Shown here piece by piece: positions 60,957 to 64,000 of a stretch of 64,000 nucleotides of DNA. Below the pieces are notes generated by a model that was not told the DNA's origin, did not search any database, and was given only the letters and a program-made list of their open reading frames with translations. Source of the DNA: an uncultured Methylomirabilota bacterium (lineage in GTDB: Bacteria; Methylomirabilota; Methylomirabilia; Methylomirabilales; 2-02-FULL-66-22); assembly GCA_963845565.1 (NCBI GenBank), contig CAWJSJ010000003.1:64001-128000 (forward strand), in the 5' to 3' direction. Position 1 is the first letter of the stretch. Each line of letters starts with the position of its first letter. Position numbers and translations under genes: made by a program.

Positions 60957-61718
60957 CTACCTCCCCGTCCCCGGCCCGGCATTCTCCGCCGCCGGCACCA
61001 CGAAGGTGTCTCCCAGATACGCCTCGATCACCCGCCGCTCTTTGACCACGGCCGCGGGCGACCCGTCGGCGATCACCTCCCCCAGGTGCAAGGCCACGAT
61101 CCGGTCCGAGACGGACATGATCACGCGCATGTTGTGCTCGATCACCACCAGCGTCAACCCTTGCTGGGTCCGGAGGCGGCCGATGAGCTGCAACAGTGTG
61201 GGAATCGTCCGCTGGTCCACCCCTCCCGTCACTTCGTCCAGCAACAGAAGCCGCGGCTTGGTGGCCATGGCCCGCGCCATCTCCAGGCGCTTGCGCTCGC
61301 CGATGCTGAGGTTTCGCGCCCCGGCGTCCCGCTTGTCCGCCAACTCCACGATCTCCAGGTAGCCGATCGCCTCCCGTCGGGCCGCGGCCGGGTCCGGCGT
61401 GTGCTGCATACCGGCCACCATGACGTTCTCGACCACCGTCATGCCGAGGAACGGGCGGACCTTCTGGAAGGTGCGCCCGATCCCCAGGCGATTCACCTCG
61501 TCGGGCCGGAGGCCGACCAGGTCGTGGCCGCGGAACGTGATGCGCCCCGCCGTGGGCGGGTAGAAGCCCGTGATCTGCTCGAACAGCGTGCTCTTGCCCG
61601 CACCGTTCGGACCAATGAGGCCCAGGATCTCGCCCTCCTCGACCGTGAAGCTGACGTTGTTATTGGCCACCAAGCCGCCGAAGCGCTTGGTCACCCCCTC
61701 CAGCGCGAGCAGAGCCAT
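60957..61718 (-). CDS. livG: Branched-chain amino acid-type ABC transporter ATPase
   Basis: KRFGGL, GPNGAGKST, RTFQ, LLDE, IEH and EAYLG motifs. Confidence 0.92.
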   Translation of the reverse strand: MALLALEGVTKRFGGLVANNNVSFTVEEGEILGLIGPNGAGKSTLFEQITGFYPPTAGRITFRGHDLVGLRPDEVNRLGIGRTFQKVRPFLGMTVVENVMVAGMQHTPDPAAARREAIGYLEIVELADKRDAGARNLSIGERKRLEMARAMATKPRLLLLDEVTGGVDQRTIPTLLQLIGRLRTQQGLTLVVIEHNMRVIMSVSDRIVALHLGEVIADGSPAAVVKERRVIEAYLGDTFVVPAAENAGPGTGR

Positions 61719-62716
61719 CAGCGCCTCCCCCACCGCCGGAACATGCCGACGAGCCCCGCCGGTTGGAAGACCGCCATGGTGGTCAGCAGGGCGCCGTAGA
61801 TGAGCAGGTCCACGGCGCTCCCGGTGCCGCCCCATTTGATGCGGGTGAACTCCGACAGCGGCAGCATCAGGGCCGAGCCGACCAGCGGCCCCCAGAGCGT
61901 CCCGGTGCCGCCGACCACCGTCAAGAGACAGACCAGGATGGACAGCGAGAGCGGGAACACGCTGTCGGGATCGAGGTAAAGCAGGTATTGGGCGTAAAAG
62001 GTTCCTCCGGCCGCCATGAAGCCCGCCGAGATCGCCATGGCGATGAGCTTGTACTTGGTGACCGAGATCCCCACGCTCTGCGCTGCGTCGGGGTCTTCGC
62101 GGACGGCCTTGAGGTAGTACCCCAGCCGGGCGCGCTCGATGCGCCAGGTGACGTAGAAACAGACGGCCATCAACGCCAGGATGATGTAATAGTAGAGATA
62201 CTTGGTGCCGTGGAACTGGAAGGCGGCCAGCGAGTCCTGCCGGATCGGTAGCGTGAGTCCCCGGGCGCCCCCGATAAACTCCCAATTGATGGCCAACGTG
62301 TGGATGATCTCGCCGATGGCGATCGTCGCAATCGCAAAGTAGTGCCCGCGCAGCCGGAAGCAGGGGTACCCGATCACCTGCGACAGCGCCACGGCCAGGA
62401 TCACTCCGATGACCAACCCCAGCCAGGGATTCACGCCGAATGCCATCTGGAGCGCGCTCGAGGTGTACGCCCCCGTCCCGAAGAAGACCGCATGACCGAG
62501 CGAGACTTGCCCGCAGTAACCGGCCAGGATGTTCCAGGCCTGGGCCAGCATCGCGAACAAGAGGACCTTGATGGCCAGGTCTCGGTGGTATGGCATCGTG
62601 AAGACCAGCGGGAACGCCAGGGCCACGACGACGAGGATGCCGAAGAGGGCGCTCAACACTTTTCGACGCCCACGGGAGCTTTGCCCTACCGTGTCCACCG
62701 TCTTTTCGGTCGCCAT
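61718..62716 (-). CDS. livM: ABC transporter permease (LivM-type)
   Basis: G..GQVSLGH, YFAIAT, GG.RG and GG.GT..GP motifs. Confidence 0.9.
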   Translation of the reverse strand: MATEKTVDTVGQSSRGRRKVLSALFGILVVVALAFPLVFTMPYHRDLAIKVLLFAMLAQAWNILAGYCGQVSLGHAVFFGTGAYTSSALQMAFGVNPWLGLVIGVILAVALSQVIGYPCFRLRGHYFAIATIAIGEIIHTLAINWEFIGGARGLTLPIRQDSLAAFQFHGTKYLYYYIILALMAVCFYVTWRIERARLGYYLKAVREDPDAAQSVGISVTKYKLIAMAISAGFMAAGGTFYAQYLLYLDPDSVFPLSLSILVCLLTVVGGTGTLWGPLVGSALMLPLSEFTRIKWGGTGSAVDLLIYGALLTTMAVFQPAGLVGMFRRWGRR

Positions 62717-63594
62717 CAGAATTTCCCGAACAGGCCTTGCGGCCGGATCAGCACCACGATGAGGTAAACGAGGAACACGGCCACATACTTGAACGCTGGG
62801 GCGATGAGCAGGCCCCCAAGGACCTCGATGACGCCGATGATGATGCCGGCCGCCAGCGACCCGGGAATACTCCCGAAGCCTCCGAGAGCCACGGTCACAT
62901 ACGCGATCAGGCCGAACAGGCTTCCGACATAGGGGAAGACGTAGAAAAAGCTGGCGAGGAACGCCCCGGCGATGCCGACGGTGGCCGAACTGATCCCCCA
63001 GCCCAATGTGAACATTCGCTCGGTGTTGATCCCCATCAGCGCCGCGGCCTGCCGATCCTGGGCCGTCGCCTCGAGGGCGGCCCCCGTCTCGGTCTTGGTG
63101 ATGAACCAGTAGAGGAAGCCGAAGGCCAAGAGCGAAGCGGCGCTCGCCACGAGCTGCGGAAGGCCGACGGAGATCCCAAAGATCTTCACCGGACCCTGCA
63201 CCAGCGGCTTCGCCACCTGCCGAAAGTCCGGCGACCAGAGGAACTGGGCGGCCGCCCGGATGAAGATCCCCAGGCCGAAGGTCGCGAAGATCTGCGCCAG
63301 CATGGGGGCGCCCAGAATCCGCTTGATGATGCCCTTGTGTGTGGCCCACCCCACGGCGAAGAGGACCGCCCCGCAGACCGGGACGCTGAAGAGCGGGTCC
63401 AGGGCGAACAGGGTGTACATCCAGAACGCCGTGTACATGCCCAGCATCAGAAACTCGCCGTGGGCGAAGTTCACGATCTCCATCAGGCCGAAGATCAGAC
63501 TGAGGCCCGCGGCGATGAGCGCATAGAGGCACCCCATGAGGATCCCGCTCATGATCCCCTGGATCAGGACCTCGGCAGACGGTAGCTCCATCAT
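62716..63594 (-). CDS. livH: ABC transporter permease (LivH-type)
   Basis: GLSLIFG...VNFAHG, LGGFGS and RPQGLFG motifs. Confidence 0.9.
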   Translation of the reverse strand: MMELPSAEVLIQGIMSGILMGCLYALIAAGLSLIFGLMEIVNFAHGEFLMLGMYTAFWMYTLFALDPLFSVPVCGAVLFAVGWATHKGIIKRILGAPMLAQIFATFGLGIFIRAAAQFLWSPDFRQVAKPLVQGPVKIFGISVGLPQLVASAASLLAFGFLYWFITKTETGAALEATAQDRQAAALMGINTERMFTLGWGISSATVGIAGAFLASFFYVFPYVGSLFGLIAYVTVALGGFGSIPGSLAAGIIIGVIEVLGGLLIAPAFKYVAVFLVYLIVVLIRPQGLFGKF

Positions 63595-63666
63595 AGATAT
63601 ACAACAGGGGCGGGGATTCGCGTCTGGCACACCCCCGCCCCCGGCTCCCCTCGTGGTGGTCCGGTG

Positions 63667-63771
63667 TTAGGAGCCGTTACGAAATAACCTATACATCTCT
63701 TTCTATTTCGTTACGGCTCCTTATGCCGTTTTGGAATGTCTCCGCTCAACTAATTCTTTGACAACGGCTTA
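63667..63771 (-). repeat. ~105 bp bipartite element, copy 5
   Basis: Reverse-complement copy; its first TAA is the stop codon of the upstream binding-protein gene. Confidence 0.92.
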
Positions 63772-64000
63772 CTTGCGCTGCGACCAGGCCGGGACCGGAT
63801 AGTTCGCGTCCTTCAGGGCCAGGTCGAACGGATAGATGGTGTGATAGCTTCCGCCCTGCAGCTGCTGCAGGATCGCGCGCACGCCGATGTTCTGCCCCTT
63901 CTCGTCGAACTTCACCCCGGTCCAAGGCATCAGGAGCTGGTCGGCGGGGAGATTCGTCTCCCGGAGCGCCTTCTGGATGGCCGCGGGGTCGGTCGAGCCG
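63769..64000 (-). CDS. ABC substrate-binding protein, 3' end (window edge)
   Basis: GSTDPAAIQKALRET...MPWTGVKFDEKGQN...QLQGG.Y.TIYP; upstream of livH. Confidence 0.8.
   Translation of the reverse strand, partial: GSTDPAAIQKALRETNLPADQLLMPWTGVKFDEKGQNIGVRAILQQLQGGSYHTIYPFDLALKDANYPVPAWSQRK

Overview
GC-rich bacterial chromosomal window. Gene content and style suggest Methylomirabilota/Rokubacteria or a similar lineage; this is inference only. Housekeeping and metabolic loci include the glycine cleavage operon (gcvT-H-PA-PB), holA, RNase D, transaldolase/yggS, a peptidoglycan-recycling trio (ldcA, serine hydrolase, mpl), groES-groEL, RNase P RNA, a LacI-TRAP sugar-acid locus, galT-GAF kinase-RR-glnB-glnA-glnE, and a liv-type ABC/5-oxoprolinase/glutamate-cyclase locus interrupted by a split-transketolase operon. 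No tRNA, rRNA, CRISPR array or transposase was seen. Main points of interest: (1) an MsrA whose catalytic Cys codon is an in-frame TGA followed by a SECIS-like hairpin, i.e. a selenoprotein missed by the ORF track; (2) five copies of a ~105 bp bipartite TAA-punctuated double-hairpin element, always co-oriented with local transcription; (3) an uncharacterised cassette of a 43-aa Pro/Glu-rich peptide coupled to a CxCG protein, behind a CIRCE-like operator and an attenuator-like leader; (4) further palindromic and short-period repeat families, one lying inside the PxpB-PxpC fusion linker; (5) single-base frameshifts (groEL, HD hydrolase) that are probably assembly errors.
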